DNA of 64,000 nt from assembly GCA_963665235.2 (NCBI GenBank), contig CAXXLX010000001.1, positions 3,776,001-3,840,000 on the forward strand, written 5' to 3'. The stretch's first letter is position 1; every line of letters starts with the position of its first letter. The DNA is from Candidatus Poribacteria bacterium. GTDB lineage: Bacteria > Poribacteria > WGA-4E > WGA-3G. The position numbers were made by a program, and so were the translations under genes. A model generated the notes under the pieces. That model searched no databases, was not told the DNA's origin, and saw nothing but the letters and a program-made list of their open reading frames with translations. Of the stretch, positions 40,506 through 51,812 are shown piece by piece.

Positions 40506-41669
40506 TTACCACTCTATATCCTCCATGGCTTGCACCTCTAACGCCTGTGTGAGGATCGAATCTAGACGGTCGAGACTGCGCATTCTCCTGATTTTACGGG
40601 TGAGGGGCTCGGGAACATCGCCAAAACGGGAATATAGCACTTTCAGGGTAACCTCCCGCTTCTCACGAACCACACCGCGCTGTTCACCGCGTTTTTCACC
40701 GATTTCTATGCCGCGTTTTTCACCGATTTCTATGCCGCGCTGTTCACCGATTTCTATGCCGCGCTGTTCACCGCGCTGTTCACCGCGCTGTTCACCGATT
40801 TCTATACCTTGTTCCATCAACTCATGTGCTATTGTGCGTGTCATTGAATTTACCTCCAAAGTAGGTGTCCGTCTATCAACAAGTTCTATCAACGCTTCAT
40901 GCTCCTCCGGAGGCCGGCGATACATGATAAGCGATAGGATATATTGAATTGCCTCGCGTTTTTCAGCCTCCTGCCCAGCAGGAAGGGTCCCAATGTGCAT
41001 TAGCATATCGACTAAGGCCCGTCTTAGCTCCGCTGTGCTTGCATGCTCTTTTTGCAGCACCGTCAGCAGCCAACCTATTAGATTTTCTGTCTGCGTCAGC
41101 ACTTCCACCTCTGTCTCTTTGACATTCAGCTGCACCGTCTCAAACTTGGGAATAAAACGTTCCAGCTCCTTGGGGAGGTCCATGAGTGCTTCCAGGGTCA
41201 GCGGAACGTTCCAGCTCTGGTCGCCTGTGTAAAAGAGTATCGGCAGAATCGGTGACAAGCGGCGTTCATTTTTGGGAGTCTTGTCTTTCTGCCATCGTCT
41301 GATTTCTGCGTCCCATATCAATACCATGTAACGTAAAACACGAAACCCCATCGTCTCGTCCACCGTCGATTGGTGTTCGATAAGAATATGGATTATCACA
41401 TCATCGGTTTTATCTGCTGTTTGAAAAGGCGCGCGATACAAAATATCCGCTTCGCGTTCCCGTAAGTCTCTCGGAATGAAGCTTGTGCTAAGCCGCTCAA
41501 GCCCGCTAAAGTTGATACTTTCCGCAAGGTCGGGGGCAGCAATCTCTACCAAACCCTGAACGTTTCCCGGTCTTTGAAACAACAGACGCAGGCTTCTGTC
41601 TGAAAAGTGTGCAACCTTTCCGCCAAGTAAATCATTGAGACCGTTCGTCTCTTTCGTTTCCTCTGCCAT
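40506..41669 (-). CDS. Rpn family recombination-promoting nuclease/putative transposase (PD-(D/E)xK)
   Basis: READILY, ILIEHQSTVD..MGFRVLRYM, PILFYTG..W; GEQRGIEI repeats; DUF4351-like tail. Confidence 0.9.
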   Translation of the reverse strand: MAEETKETNGLNDLLGGKVAHFSDRSLRLLFQRPGNVQGLVEIAAPDLAESINFSGLERLSTSFIPRDLREREADILYRAPFQTADKTDDVIIHILIEHQSTVDETMGFRVLRYMVLIWDAEIRRWQKDKTPKNERRLSPILPILFYTGDQSWNVPLTLEALMDLPKELERFIPKFETVQLNVKETEVEVLTQTENLIGWLLTVLQKEHASTAELRRALVDMLMHIGTLPAGQEAEKREAIQYILSLIMYRRPPEEHEALIELVDRRTPTLEVNSMTRTIAHELMEQGIEIGEQRGEQRGEQRGIEIGEQRGIEIGEKRGIEIGEKRGEQRGVVREKREVTLKVLYSRFGDVPEPLTRKIRRMRSLDRLDSILTQALEVQAMEDIEW

Positions 41670-41929
41670 TTTCCTTCTCAGTTTCTTAGGAATTAAACAG
41701 TATCGTCAAGTAAAACAGACAAGTTTAGTATAACACAATTTGACAAAACATGGCAAACTTTTTTGGGATGCGATTCAGGGCCATTTAGTTGGACAGAACT
41801 TTGGACAATTTTAGTACGGTTTAGATTTCATGCAACTAAACCAGCATATCGGGCGGGGAAACCCCGCCCCTACGAACCACACATCATAACAAAAGCGTGT
41901 AGGCACCTTCCCACCTTCCACCCTTCCAC

Positions 41930-43828
41930 CTATTCGTCAGCAGTTCGTTTCTGAAGGAAATAGATGCTCGCGACTATTACCATAGCCACAAGGAATGCCC
42001 AGATATTATTAATGTAAGCAAGGAGGGCCGCGAGTGCAAGCAGCAACGATTCATACCATCTCGCCTTGCGCATAAAGTAGCCTATCGTTACGATGGAAAA
42101 GATGATAGTGCCGACCCCCGCTGTTACAATAGAGAAGGCGTTTTGGAAAAGTGTTCCGGTAAACAGGATATGCGTATATGCGAACAGAAGGGGCATTATA
42201 TATAGAAGTTTGGCAAACTTAAAGCAGGTCCACCCGGTCTTCCACGGGTCAGCGCGGGCGATGGCAGCACCGGCGTAAGCCCCAAGTGCTACCGGTGGCG
42301 TAATATTGGAATCTTGACTGAGCCAGAAGATGATGAGGTGCGCGGCAATAATCGGTACACCCATATCGGTGTTTGTCAGAATAGGAACAGCTAACTCGGC
42401 GGTAATCAGATAGGCAGCAGTGACGGGTATTCCCATCCCTAAGATTAAAGAGGCGGCGGCGAGAAGCAGAATCGCAATAGCCTTGCTGCCGTTTGCCACG
42501 GATAGAACTAATTCAGGGAAAATCCGTCCTAGGCCAGTCAGGTCAATTACGGCGACGATAATGCCAATAGTGCCAACCGCGCCGCTAATTGCAAGGGAAT
42601 TCTTCGCGCCAGTGACCATTGTTTCCCAGATTCGCTTTGGGGTCAACCGTGTTTCCGGGCGGAAATAGCTGACTGCAATCGTGACAAGAATTGCAAAGAA
42701 TGCGGACTTGTAAGCGGTATATTCTGCGATGAGGAAACCGATAAGGGTGATTACCGGTAGGAGGTAATACCAATCATTTTTGAGGAGTGTAGAGAGCTTC
42801 GGTATCTCTGATGGGGGAATCCGTTCAAGTTGCTGTTTTTTCGCCTCAAAATGGACGATGACCCAAACGGATAAGAAGTAGAGGAGCGCGGGTACAATTG
42901 ATAAGAGGGCAATTTGGGTATACGGCAATCCTGTCCGTTCAGCTATCAGGAATGCGCCGGCTCCCATAACCGGCGGTAGGAATTGTCCGCCGACAGAGGC
43001 GGATGCCTCAACTGCACCTGCTACATGCGGTCGGAAGCCGGTTTTCTTCATCAAAGGAATGGTAAACGCGCCGGTTGTGACGGTGTTAGCGATGGCACTT
43101 CCCGCGACAGAGCCGAAGAAGCCGGAGGTGACAACAGAAACCTTGGCTGCCCCACCAATTGACCTGCCCGCAAGGGACATGGGCAGGTTGATAAAAAACT
43201 GCCCGACACCGGACTTTTCTAAGAACGCACCGAAAAAGATAAAGATGATTACATAGGTCGCCATCACGGAAGCCATGATGCCGAAGATGCCATCCTGACT
43301 ATAAAAGCAGTGTTCAATAATGCGTGGCAATGTGAAGCCGGTGTGTGAAATCGCATCGGGCATCATACGACCGAAAAGCGCGTAGAGAATCCCTGCCGCG
43401 GCGATAACGGATAACCCCCATCCAACTGTGCGCCGGCTGACCTCAAAACTGACGATGAGCCCGATGGCACCCATAACAATATCCAAACGCGTATAGGCAC
43501 CGGCCCGGCTCGCTAAATTCGGATACTCTACAATCCAATAACTGATTGCACATAAGCTCAATCCCACCAGCAACATATCTAAGAGAGAAGGGCGCGAAGT
43601 AGGTGAACTCTTGCGGAATTTATAGAGGATACCGATTAGCACACATGTCAAAATCAGATAGAAGCCGAGGTGGTACTGGTCAGCGGCGGTACCGAAGCCT
43701 GCACTATAGATGTAAAAAGAGACGAGGAACACCGCCCCTATTTCAAAAATCCACTTTGAGAGTCCTTTCAATTCGGTGCGCTGTGTGTTAAAGCTTGTTG
43801 TTTCTTTTGTTTCCGTTTGGGTTTCCAT
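41930..43828 (-). CDS. TRAP transporter fused permease (4TM/12TM)
   Basis: GGAAKVSV, GSAIAN, ASVGGQFLPPVMGAGAF, LGMGIP, NITPPVALG. Confidence 0.93.
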   Translation of the reverse strand: METQTETKETTSFNTQRTELKGLSKWIFEIGAVFLVSFYIYSAGFGTAADQYHLGFYLILTCVLIGILYKFRKSSPTSRPSLLDMLLVGLSLCAISYWIVEYPNLASRAGAYTRLDIVMGAIGLIVSFEVSRRTVGWGLSVIAAAGILYALFGRMMPDAISHTGFTLPRIIEHCFYSQDGIFGIMASVMATYVIIFIFFGAFLEKSGVGQFFINLPMSLAGRSIGGAAKVSVVTSGFFGSVAGSAIANTVTTGAFTIPLMKKTGFRPHVAGAVEASASVGGQFLPPVMGAGAFLIAERTGLPYTQIALLSIVPALLYFLSVWVIVHFEAKKQQLERIPPSEIPKLSTLLKNDWYYLLPVITLIGFLIAEYTAYKSAFFAILVTIAVSYFRPETRLTPKRIWETMVTGAKNSLAISGAVGTIGIIVAVIDLTGLGRIFPELVLSVANGSKAIAILLLAAASLILGMGIPVTAAYLITAELAVPILTNTDMGVPIIAAHLIIFWLSQDSNITPPVALGAYAGAAIARADPWKTGWTCFKFAKLLYIMPLLFAYTHILFTGTLFQNAFSIVTAGVGTIIFSIVTIGYFMRKARWYESLLLALAALLAYINNIWAFLVAMVIVASIYFLQKRTADE

Positions 43829-43848
43829 AAAACAGTATTGCAACACTC

Positions 43849-45291
43849 TTAAAAATTGGTTTTAATCCCGAACGTGAGCGATGTTTTGCGAATCGGTTCA
43901 AATCGGGAGCCGCCCGTTTCTGTTTGGACGCGTCGGAATCGGTATTCACGGAGGACAACGGCTTCAACAGGGGGATAGATTTCGTAGCGAATTTCCATGG
44001 TGAATGCCGACTTTTCATCTAGGTCAAAGAGGTCTCCGAAGAAGTCTGTTTCTCCTGCCTCACCGATATCGCGTTTTGTATAGAATGCACGGAACGCAAG
44101 CCGAGGCACTAACCCTGACTCGGTAACGCCTAGATAGAGTTTGGGATGGGTGTTGGTGTAGTCTTCAAGAGTGCCGAGGAAATGTATCTGGGGTACGGGG
44201 TGCCAGATAAGTTGTGAAAAAAAGCCGCGTCTGCTTTCAATGTTTGTTTCCACGCCTAAAAAGTCGGGCGTACCGGGCTCCGGCGATTGCGATTTCGCAG
44301 CTTCATACATATAATCAAAGACAGAGGGGATATATCCATCAGCAAAGATTCGGTATTCTGCCTTGAAAATGGCAGTCGTAAATGCGAATCCGACACCAAG
44401 GGCGTTGCCCCAGGTCAAATCTGTTGTGGCATTCTCATCTCCCTCCGCTGTGTGCTGCTCGGTTTCTGTTTGCGATTCGGGCTCGTCGGAAAAAGGATTT
44501 TGCAAGACAAAATCGTTATAGAGGTCAAGTCGAAACGCGCTACGTTCGAGAATAGGAAATCCGACATCAAATCCGACTGCATGGAACGGTTCTTCCCCAT
44601 CTTCTACCAAATTTGGGTCGATATCGGTGAGATAGGTGGCTCCTACTTCAAACCGTGTTAGCAAATTGTTATTTTCGGGACGTTGAAAGGGTCTATAAAA
44701 CATGCGTCCGCCGAAAATTGTTGGCTCACCGAGATTATTCACCACCGTTTCAAGACCGTACCGGTTGTCAGTCTGTCTGAGATTAAGGCGTAACCCCCGT
44801 CGGTCGTAATTGGAATAGCCGGACATAATTGAGCCGTGTCCGATTGTAAGGTATTCCAATTCACCGAAACGGATGTAGAATGGGTCGTAAGGTCGCCCAT
44901 AGCGGATGTACCGAATTAACCTCAGATAGGTGCTTGGGCTGTCCCATTCTTCACCATCTTCAGCGAGGAATTGCAACTCGTCTTCGGTTGCGTAAGGGTT
45001 GTAGAGGAAGACGAGGTCTAGGCCGATGCCGATTTTTCCGAGGGGTATATCGGGTTGGAGTTGGAGCCGAATGTAGGCATCGCCATCAATGAAGGATAAC
45101 CCGCCGCCATAGAGTCCACTCGTCAGGAAGTTCTCTCCATCGATACCGGTTAAGAGATTAACTTTCTTTACCTCTTCATCCTGGGCAAGGGTGGGTAGGA
45201 CTAGGACAAACATTAAAATTCCGATTATTGCAGCGATGCTGCCGCTTTTCGCGCTCGGGTTTGCAAAAACTGTAATTATTTTTTTCATCAA
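43849..45291 (-). CDS. Hypothetical exported, probable outer-membrane beta-barrel protein
   Basis: Signal peptide, alternating beta strands, C-terminal Phe; TIGHGSIM..YSN motif. Confidence 0.65.
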   Translation of the reverse strand: MMKKIITVFANPSAKSGSIAAIIGILMFVLVLPTLAQDEEVKKVNLLTGIDGENFLTSGLYGGGLSFIDGDAYIRLQLQPDIPLGKIGIGLDLVFLYNPYATEDELQFLAEDGEEWDSPSTYLRLIRYIRYGRPYDPFYIRFGELEYLTIGHGSIMSGYSNYDRRGLRLNLRQTDNRYGLETVVNNLGEPTIFGGRMFYRPFQRPENNNLLTRFEVGATYLTDIDPNLVEDGEEPFHAVGFDVGFPILERSAFRLDLYNDFVLQNPFSDEPESQTETEQHTAEGDENATTDLTWGNALGVGFAFTTAIFKAEYRIFADGYIPSVFDYMYEAAKSQSPEPGTPDFLGVETNIESRRGFFSQLIWHPVPQIHFLGTLEDYTNTHPKLYLGVTESGLVPRLAFRAFYTKRDIGEAGETDFFGDLFDLDEKSAFTMEIRYEIYPPVEAVVLREYRFRRVQTETGGSRFEPIRKTSLTFGIKTNF

Positions 45292-45953
45292 TCAATAATT
45301 CCCCCATCTTTCATGTGAATGATACGTTCGGCGTTCTGTTTTAATCCCTCATGGTGTGTTACGATAGCGATAGTGGTTTGATGTTCTTGACGGAGTTCCT
45401 GAATCAGGCTCATCAAGTTGTCGCTTTGTCGGCTATCAAGGTTAGCCGTAGGTTCATCAGCGAAGATAATTTTTGGACGATTTGCAAGGGCGCGCGCAAA
45501 AGAGACACGTTGTTTTTCCCCGCCGGACAGTTGCGCTGGTCGATGGTGCAGACGTTCACTTAAGCCGACCTGTGTGAGCAGCTCTATAGCGCGGTTTTGT
45601 GCTTCGGTTGCATCTGTTTTTGCGATAGCCATAGCAACCATCACGTTTTCAAGTGCGGTGAGATACGGTAAAAGGTGGAACAGCTGAAAAACAAACCCAA
45701 TCTTCTCTCGGCGTACTACGCTAAGGTCCTGATTTTTCGAGATGGCGGTGCCATCAATTCGGAGCTCACCTGCATCCGGGGTTAAAATACAACCGAGTAC
45801 ACTAATCAGTGTCGTTTTTCCGCATCCGCTGTCCCCCATTATCATGACTAATTCGCCTGCTTCGATACGGATATCGACCGAATCGATTGCTAGGACAGCA
45901 GCATCGCCTACCCCAAAACGTTTGGTCAAACCGATTCCTTCTATAATTTCCAT
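45288..45953 (-). CDS. ABC transporter ATP-binding protein (LolD/MacB-like)
   Basis: [26 protein letters not shown]. Confidence 0.93.
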   Translation of the reverse strand: MEIIEGIGLTKRFGVGDAAVLAIDSVDIRIEAGELVMIMGDSGCGKTTLISVLGCILTPDAGELRIDGTAISKNQDLSVVRREKIGFVFQLFHLLPYLTALENVMVAMAIAKTDATEAQNRAIELLTQVGLSERLHHRPAQLSGGEKQRVSFARALANRPKIIFADEPTANLDSRQSDNLMSLIQELRQEHQTTIAIVTHHEGLKQNAERIIHMKDGGIID

Positions 45954-45999
45954 AATGCACCCCTTAATTCCATATTTGTCTTTAAGCGGAGGCCGTGAT

Positions 46000-47127
46000 T
46001 TAATTAATTTCACCACGGAACGCTATCATCGGATCGACGTTAATTGCCCTCCGTGCTGCGAAATAACCACACCCACAACAGACGATAAAACTGATGCCCG
46101 CCACAATCGCCGATTCAACAAAATGGATTGCAACGAAGATGGGGGCAGCAGCAGCAAATAGATAGGCAAGGACAAATCCAAGCGTGACACCGACAGCGGA
46201 GATGAGGATGACCTGTTTTAGCAAAAGGGATATCACATAACCGTTTGAAGCCCCGATAGCTTTTAGCACTCCAATTTCTTGTGTCTTTTCGAGCATCGTC
46301 ACATAAGTAATCATCCCGACAAGTAGTCCTGCCGCTAACCAGAGCATGACACGCAAAAATTGTACGGCTTTCATCGGTTCGTCGACATAATACTCCGTGA
46401 TGTCTTTGAGTGTTTGCGCCATGGTTGTCGCTTCAATAACCCCCTCACCTCTTGTACTAAGTGCTGCTGCAACCTCTTCCGGTTCATAATTCGGTTTGAC
46501 TTTAGCAATCATCATGTTGAAACGGGGATATTCTCCTAGCAATACTTGCTGTGCGGTTCGGACATCCATAAAGAGCAGCGGTGTATCCAGAACGAACATG
46601 AGGCTTTTAGTTTTTCCAACGACTCTCAGTGCCTCTTTGCCAATCGTAATCTTCTCGCCAATTTCAAGTCCCATCTTTTCATCAACGACAACTTCAAGCG
46701 GGATGGTGCGGACAATGTTATACCCTTTGCTTTTTTGAAACATCCTTCCCTCTTTTAGCTGCGTGGGGCCGCCGAGTCCTCGCGAACCGACAATAATGGC
46801 TTTGGTCGTTTTCCCTTTAATTATCGGGCGAGCTTGAGCGAAAATCAGTGGGGATGCGGTCTCTGGAGCTAAACCTTCACCGATATAGGTCGGGAGGTAT
46901 TCCTCAATAAGTAGCGAAAATCCGATAAACGCACCGCCTGAACCGTCAGCGGATACCCATATTTCCGCCCCGGTTGATTCTATATACTGTCGTGCTTGTA
47001 TACGCATACCGTTCATAATGCCGCCTAACAGCAGAATAAGTGAAATCAAGAGGGTGATTCCTATTGCTGTTAGGATAACCCTTGCTTGACGATACCGCAT
47101 GTCTTTGAGAAAAAGCGTTTGAATCAT
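46000..47127 (-). CDS. ABC transporter permease (FtsX/MacB family)
   Basis: EIGVLKAIGA, VDPMIAFR, four TM helices. Confidence 0.9.
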   Translation of the reverse strand: MIQTLFLKDMRYRQARVILTAIGITLLISLILLLGGIMNGMRIQARQYIESTGAEIWVSADGSGGAFIGFSLLIEEYLPTYIGEGLAPETASPLIFAQARPIIKGKTTKAIIVGSRGLGGPTQLKEGRMFQKSKGYNIVRTIPLEVVVDEKMGLEIGEKITIGKEALRVVGKTKSLMFVLDTPLLFMDVRTAQQVLLGEYPRFNMMIAKVKPNYEPEEVAAALSTRGEGVIEATTMAQTLKDITEYYVDEPMKAVQFLRVMLWLAAGLLVGMITYVTMLEKTQEIGVLKAIGASNGYVISLLLKQVILISAVGVTLGFVLAYLFAAAAPIFVAIHFVESAIVAGISFIVCCGCGYFAARRAINVDPMIAFRGEIN

Positions 47128-47171
47128 GGGGGCCTCCGCTTGCCAAGAGCTATTTGCTTTTTTGCTAATGG

Positions 47172-48071
47172 CTAATTTGCTATTGTAAACTTTTCGGGCA
47201 TTGTTTTCCGTTTTCGTCTGTGCAGTTGGACGTGCGCCAAGTACGCGCCATCATCTGCGTCGGTACCGGTGTCCCGGTCTAAAAAGAGCGGAAAATCGGA
47301 TGCGGGTGGTTTTGCGTTGTGATAGGCGTGTCCATAACTCCGCATAATGATGCGCTGTTCGCGGTTGAGCGTCTCTAACCACTCCGATGAGGAATGAAAC
47401 CGATCGGCGGGTGTTAACCACGATGGACAATACGCAACGAAGATGTTGTAGCGTACGATGTCGCTTTCGTTCGGCTCCACACGGTGCCAAATACTGGAGT
47501 GCATCACTGTCATTGTCCCTTTACGTGGACAGACGACCCTTTCTCCCGGAATACTTTTGTGCGTATCGTAGCCATCCATATACTGTTGTCGGTGACTCCC
47601 GGGGAGGACAACGAGGTTGCCCATCTTCTCACGAGGGAGGTCTGTCAACCAATATCCAATTTTGATTTGCAACGGCAATTTATCCGAAAACACGCCGTAA
47701 GGCAGTGCTCGCGCACCGTCCGGATGCCACTGATTGTACTGTTTGCCACCGGGCGGTCTCAGAAAAAATTGACTCTGATGCAGTTTAAGGAGTTCTCCGA
47801 AGAGGTCGTAGGCGAAACCGACATGTCGTTCGTGGTCGATTAATCCTGTAAAAACAGGGTCGCGTTCTACGATATTCTCCATGCCTATATAGCCGCCGGG
47901 TGTATACTTTGGATTGCGCGCAGCGACGCGGTCGATTGCATCGATATAGGTCTGTACGTCTTCATCGGAGATAGCGTCTTCAATGAAGATGATGCCCTCT
48001 TCGTTGAACGTTTTCCACTGCTCCGGTGTGAATCCGGGGGGTGCTATGCGATACTTCTGTGCGGTTTCCAT
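47172..48071 (-). CDS. PhyH-family dioxygenase
   Basis: WHPD, LPGSH, IWH..N...R. Confidence 0.88.
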   Translation of the reverse strand: METAQKYRIAPPGFTPEQWKTFNEEGIIFIEDAISDEDVQTYIDAIDRVAARNPKYTPGGYIGMENIVERDPVFTGLIDHERHVGFAYDLFGELLKLHQSQFFLRPPGGKQYNQWHPDGARALPYGVFSDKLPLQIKIGYWLTDLPREKMGNLVVLPGSHRQQYMDGYDTHKSIPGERVVCPRKGTMTVMHSSIWHRVEPNESDIVRYNIFVAYCPSWLTPADRFHSSSEWLETLNREQRIIMRSYGHAYHNAKPPASDFPLFLDRDTGTDADDGAYLAHVQLHRRKRKTMPEKFTIAN

Positions 48072-48115
48072 CGAGCAACTCCTTATACGAAATATCGTTA
48101 ACTTATGTTCGCTGC

Positions 48116-48433
48116 TTAGTCCGAGTCGCGTTCACGTTCGCGTGCCCGTTGCCGGTCGCGTGAATATTTCATTGTCCAGTACGTAAATTTCCGCAGCGCA
48201 ACCATTAACAGCAAGATCATCAGGTTTATCCAAAACGTATCATCAATGACCTGATTAAAACGTTCCAGGCCATGGAGTTCAGGGTCTGTTGCGCGCCAAG
48301 CCCTGACATAGCAGTAGGTAGCAATTGCAAGCGGAATCAGGATAATCCAAACAGCGACTATCCCCTCTATTACGACTAATGTCAACTCAGCGGCGTGTCC
48401 TAACAACCTCCGCAGTCTATTAAATTTATTCAC
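48116..48433 (-). CDS. Small hypothetical membrane protein
   Basis: AGGAGG SD, GTG start, two TM helices. Confidence 0.65.
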   Translation of the reverse strand: MNKFNRLRRLLGHAAELTLVVIEGIVAVWIILIPLAIATYCYVRAWRATDPELHGLERFNQVIDDTFWINLMILLLMVALRKFTYWTMKYSRDRQRARERERDSD

Positions 48434-48553
48434 ATCAAACCTCCTAATTTAATCTCAGTGGAGGAACAGGAAAAGCGCCGGCGTATTCCTCAAGATGCGT
48501 TGTAGGGAACAAAGGCACGAAACCTTCACCCTACAACACTTAGGCTACCTGTT

Positions 48554-50347
48554 TTATTGCTTCTCACGTAAACGTGCTTCTAGGTCTGCCAATTCATCGG
48601 ATAACGCTGCTGGCAATCTGTCACCAAAACGTTCGTAATGCTCTCGAATCAACGCAATTTCGTTGAGCCATTCTTCAACATTAACGGTCAGAAGTTCTTC
48701 CATCTGCGCTTCGGTTACGTCGACGCCGGTAGTGTCAATTGCGCCGGGGGCAGGTAGGTATCCGATGGGGGTTTCGACTGCCTCACTCTGTCCGGCGACG
48801 CGTTCAACGATCCATTTGAGGACACGGCTATTTTCACCGAAACCTGGCCAGAGCCATCCGCCATCAGCATCCTTACGGAACCAATTGACGTAGAAAATTT
48901 TCGGCAGTTTATCAGCATCGGTACTTTCTCCCATCTCCAACCAGTGTGTGAAGTAGTCGCCCATGTTATAGCCGCAGAAGGGGAGCATGGCCATGGGGTC
49001 TCGGCGGAGTTCCCCGACGGTGCCAGCAGCAGCGGCGGTGCGTTCGGAGGAGGCGATGGAACCGATAAAGGTGCCGTGTTGCCAATTAAACGCCTCAAAT
49101 ACAAGCGGTACCGTATTAGCACGTCGCCCGCCGAAGAGAATGGCTGAAATAGGTACGCCGTTCGGGTTTTCCCAGTTCGGGTCAATGATAGGACATTGTG
49201 ATGCGGGGGTCGTATATCGTGCGTTCGGGTGTGCGGCTGTTTTTTCGTCTCCGGGGTGCCACTCTTCACCGAGCCAGCTTGTGACGGTTTCCGGGGGCTC
49301 TTCACTCATATCTTCCCACCAGACATCGGTATCCGGTGTGAGCGCAGCGTTCGTGAAGATAGAGTTTGATTCGAGGGTGTACATTGCATTCGGATTGGTC
49401 TCCATAGAGGTGCCGGGGGCAACGCCGAAGAAACCGGCTTCCGGGTTTATGGCGTAGAGCCGTCCATCTTCACCGAATTTCATCCAGGCGATATCATCGC
49501 CGATGGTTTCCGCTTTCCAGCCGGGCATTGTGGGGGTTAGCATAGCGAGGTTGGTTTTTCCACAAGCACTCGGGAACGCTGCGGCGATGTATGTCTTTTC
49601 ACCTTCCGGATTGGTTAATCCCAAGATGAGCATGTGTTCCGCCATCCATCCATCGTTTTTCGCCATAATTGAGGCGATACGGAGTGCATAGCATTTCTTG
49701 CCGAGCAATGCGTTTCCACCGTAACCACTTCCGTAGGACCAGATGGAGCGTTCTTCCGGAAAATGGACGATGTATTTGTTATCCGGGTCACACGGCCAGA
49801 TGACATCGGTTTGTCTGGGTTCCAGCGGCATTCCGACGGAGTGTAAGCACGGTACGAAATCGCCATCCTCGCCGAGGATATCTAACACGTCGCTGCCCAT
49901 ACGGGTCATAATTCGCATATTGACGACAACGTAAGGCGAGTCGCTGATTTCAACGCCGATATGCGAGATAGGTGAACCGAGGGGGCCCATGCTGAAAGGT
50001 ATGACGTACATGGTTCTGCCTTTCATACATCCCTGGAAGAGCCCCTTTAAGGTAGTTTTCATTTCATCAGGGTCATGCCAATTGTTTGTTGGTCCTGCTT
50101 CAATTGGGGTTTTGGAACAGATGAAGGTGCGGCCTTCAACACGTGCCACATCTGCGGAATCGGAACGCGCGAGGTAGCTGCCCGGGCGTTTCTCTGGGTC
50201 TAATCGTACAAAGGTCCCTTTTTGGACTAATTCCTCACACAATCGGTCGTTTTCTTCTTGAGAACCGTTGCACCAATATATGTCATTGGGTTCGCAAAGT
50301 TTTGCTGTTTCTTCGACCCAACTGAGTAATTTTTTGTTGTTTGTCAT
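48554..50347 (-). CDS. pckG: Phosphoenolpyruvate carboxykinase (GTP)
   Basis: [49 protein letters not shown]. Confidence 0.97.
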   Translation of the reverse strand: MTNNKKLLSWVEETAKLCEPNDIYWCNGSQEENDRLCEELVQKGTFVRLDPEKRPGSYLARSDSADVARVEGRTFICSKTPIEAGPTNNWHDPDEMKTTLKGLFQGCMKGRTMYVIPFSMGPLGSPISHIGVEISDSPYVVVNMRIMTRMGSDVLDILGEDGDFVPCLHSVGMPLEPRQTDVIWPCDPDNKYIVHFPEERSIWSYGSGYGGNALLGKKCYALRIASIMAKNDGWMAEHMLILGLTNPEGEKTYIAAAFPSACGKTNLAMLTPTMPGWKAETIGDDIAWMKFGEDGRLYAINPEAGFFGVAPGTSMETNPNAMYTLESNSIFTNAALTPDTDVWWEDMSEEPPETVTSWLGEEWHPGDEKTAAHPNARYTTPASQCPIIDPNWENPNGVPISAILFGGRRANTVPLVFEAFNWQHGTFIGSIASSERTAAAAGTVGELRRDPMAMLPFCGYNMGDYFTHWLEMGESTDADKLPKIFYVNWFRKDADGGWLWPGFGENSRVLKWIVERVAGQSEAVETPIGYLPAPGAIDTTGVDVTEAQMEELLTVNVEEWLNEIALIREHYERFGDRLPAALSDELADLEARLREKQ

Positions 50348-50424
50348 GCGACAAATCTCCTTCCTAGTTTCATATATCTATATTACCACAAGATTGTAAA
50401 ATTTTGCAAATCAAAAGTGATGCT

Positions 50425-51002
50425 GGGTGTGTAAAGTTTTTGTACAAAACCGGTGCATAAGTTACACTTTTGACACAAAGTGTAACTTATGGTTTTGTGT
50501 ATTGCATGTGTGTGAACGCACGCCCAGTCTATGTTTATAAGCGGTTTTGACCTCTCTCTTTCGCAACACAAAAAAAACGCGTTGTGTCATTTCGACCGCC
50601 GATTTCGGGTATCAGTTCTGCGGAGTTTTCTTGTCGTTCTGCCTCCTACTTTTTTGTGCGGTTCCGGTGCATAAGTTACACTTTTTGACACAAACGCCAT
50701 CGGTGTCCAATCCGGTGAGTTGCAAAACGCACCGCTTGCCTCCCCAAAATGTTTTGGGGTGCTGTTATATTATACCATTTTTATTAATTATTCTATCATT
50801 ACCGGTTGTTAGAAATCAAACGGAAGAACGTTTATGCTACAATAAAGAGCACAAACTGGAAGTTTATGCTACAATAAAGAGCACAAACTGGAAGTTTATG
50901 CTACAATAAAGAGACATTTTCAATTAGAAATGGTATTAGTTGCGAACTGTTCTATTTTTCTTCATAAAAAATATCGCAGACGTACAAAAACTTTACACAC
51001 CC
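50425..51002. mobile_element. MITE family E (perfect 21-bp TIR GGGTGTGTAAAGTTTTTGTAC, IS256-like) containing MITE A copy 3
   Basis: TIRs at 50425-50445 and 50982-51002; flanks gtgatgct / gtgatgtct (near-duplicate). Confidence 0.8.
50773..50935. mobile_element. MITE family A copy 3, TTA duplication, about 2.5 units
   Basis: Same termini and 32-bp unit as 3846-4246. Confidence 0.82.
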
Positions 51003-51057
51003 GTGATGTCTGCCTCCTACTTTTTGAGACGGGTCCGGTGCATAAGTTACACTTTTT

Positions 51058-51260
51058 TCCGGTCGAACAATTCCCTACTTTGATTCAAATCACTTTTGGC
51101 GGATAACCGAACGCTCCTATTCCTAAAGCTTGTCTCCTTTGAAACGATGAGATAGTCGTTATCACAAGTGTAATCCCATAACTCGGTATCCGTTGCCGTA
51201 TTTAATCCTATCGTTTTGACCTGGGTAGAATTAACCCAAGTTACGACTTGTGCCAGTTAA
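51058..51260 (-). pseudogene. DUF5615/PIN-like toxin remnant
   Basis: Manual translation STQVKTIGLNTATDTELWDY..NDYLIVSKETSFRNRS / GYPPKVI*IKVGNCST, with a frameshift and a W-to-stop change. Confidence 0.65.
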
Positions 51261-51298
51261 CGAATTGTTTTTGTTGTTTTCACAAATATTTGACATTC

Positions 51299-51454
51299 AT
51301 ATAAAGATATCGTCCCTATGGGACTAAGAGTTGGGCGTTAGCGGACCTTCTATAAATATATCGTCCCTACGGGACTAAGGCCGACTTATCGCCCAATATT
51401 CGGGCAAACAGACCGTTCCTCATACTAGGGGAAAACTCTTTTCAAACTCACGTT
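51299..51454 (+). repeat. Two 28-bp hairpin units plus MITE B right end
   Basis: tatcgtccctaygggacta twice; tail tattcgggcaa..catactaggg..ttcaaactcacgtt shared with 20414-20470. Confidence 0.75.
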
Positions 51455-51812
51455 TGTGTGAGAAACTGTCAGAAAAATCAGAGACGCTTAGCAAATCCGG
51501 TATCAGGTTCACAGGACTTTTCCAAACTATAGCGATTTAAAAAGACTTCGGTAAACCAGACCCTGAAGTTATTTTTATTGATGAAATCTTTGAACATCAC
51601 GGATCAATGGGTTGTATTCAGGACATATAGATTCAACTCAAACTCAGATAATTGGCGAGGGTATTGACTTATAAGTTTTTAGACCTGGAAACACCGTCTT
51701 TAATGAAAATATGCTGATAATTAGCTAATATTTGTCCCGTTCACTTCCAATTCGCACACAAATACGCACAATCTGGAAGATTATGCTACTATGTGGCAAC
51801 TTAGGTGTAGAA

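Noticed and set aside
50547-50909. 120-aa ORF (also 3637, 4437, 7977, 54150)
   Set aside because: These are translations of MITE/REP sequence
51532-51760. Possible gene remnant (KDFGKPDPEVIFIDEIF...)
   Set aside because: Short, stop-ridden and not assignable to any family by eye
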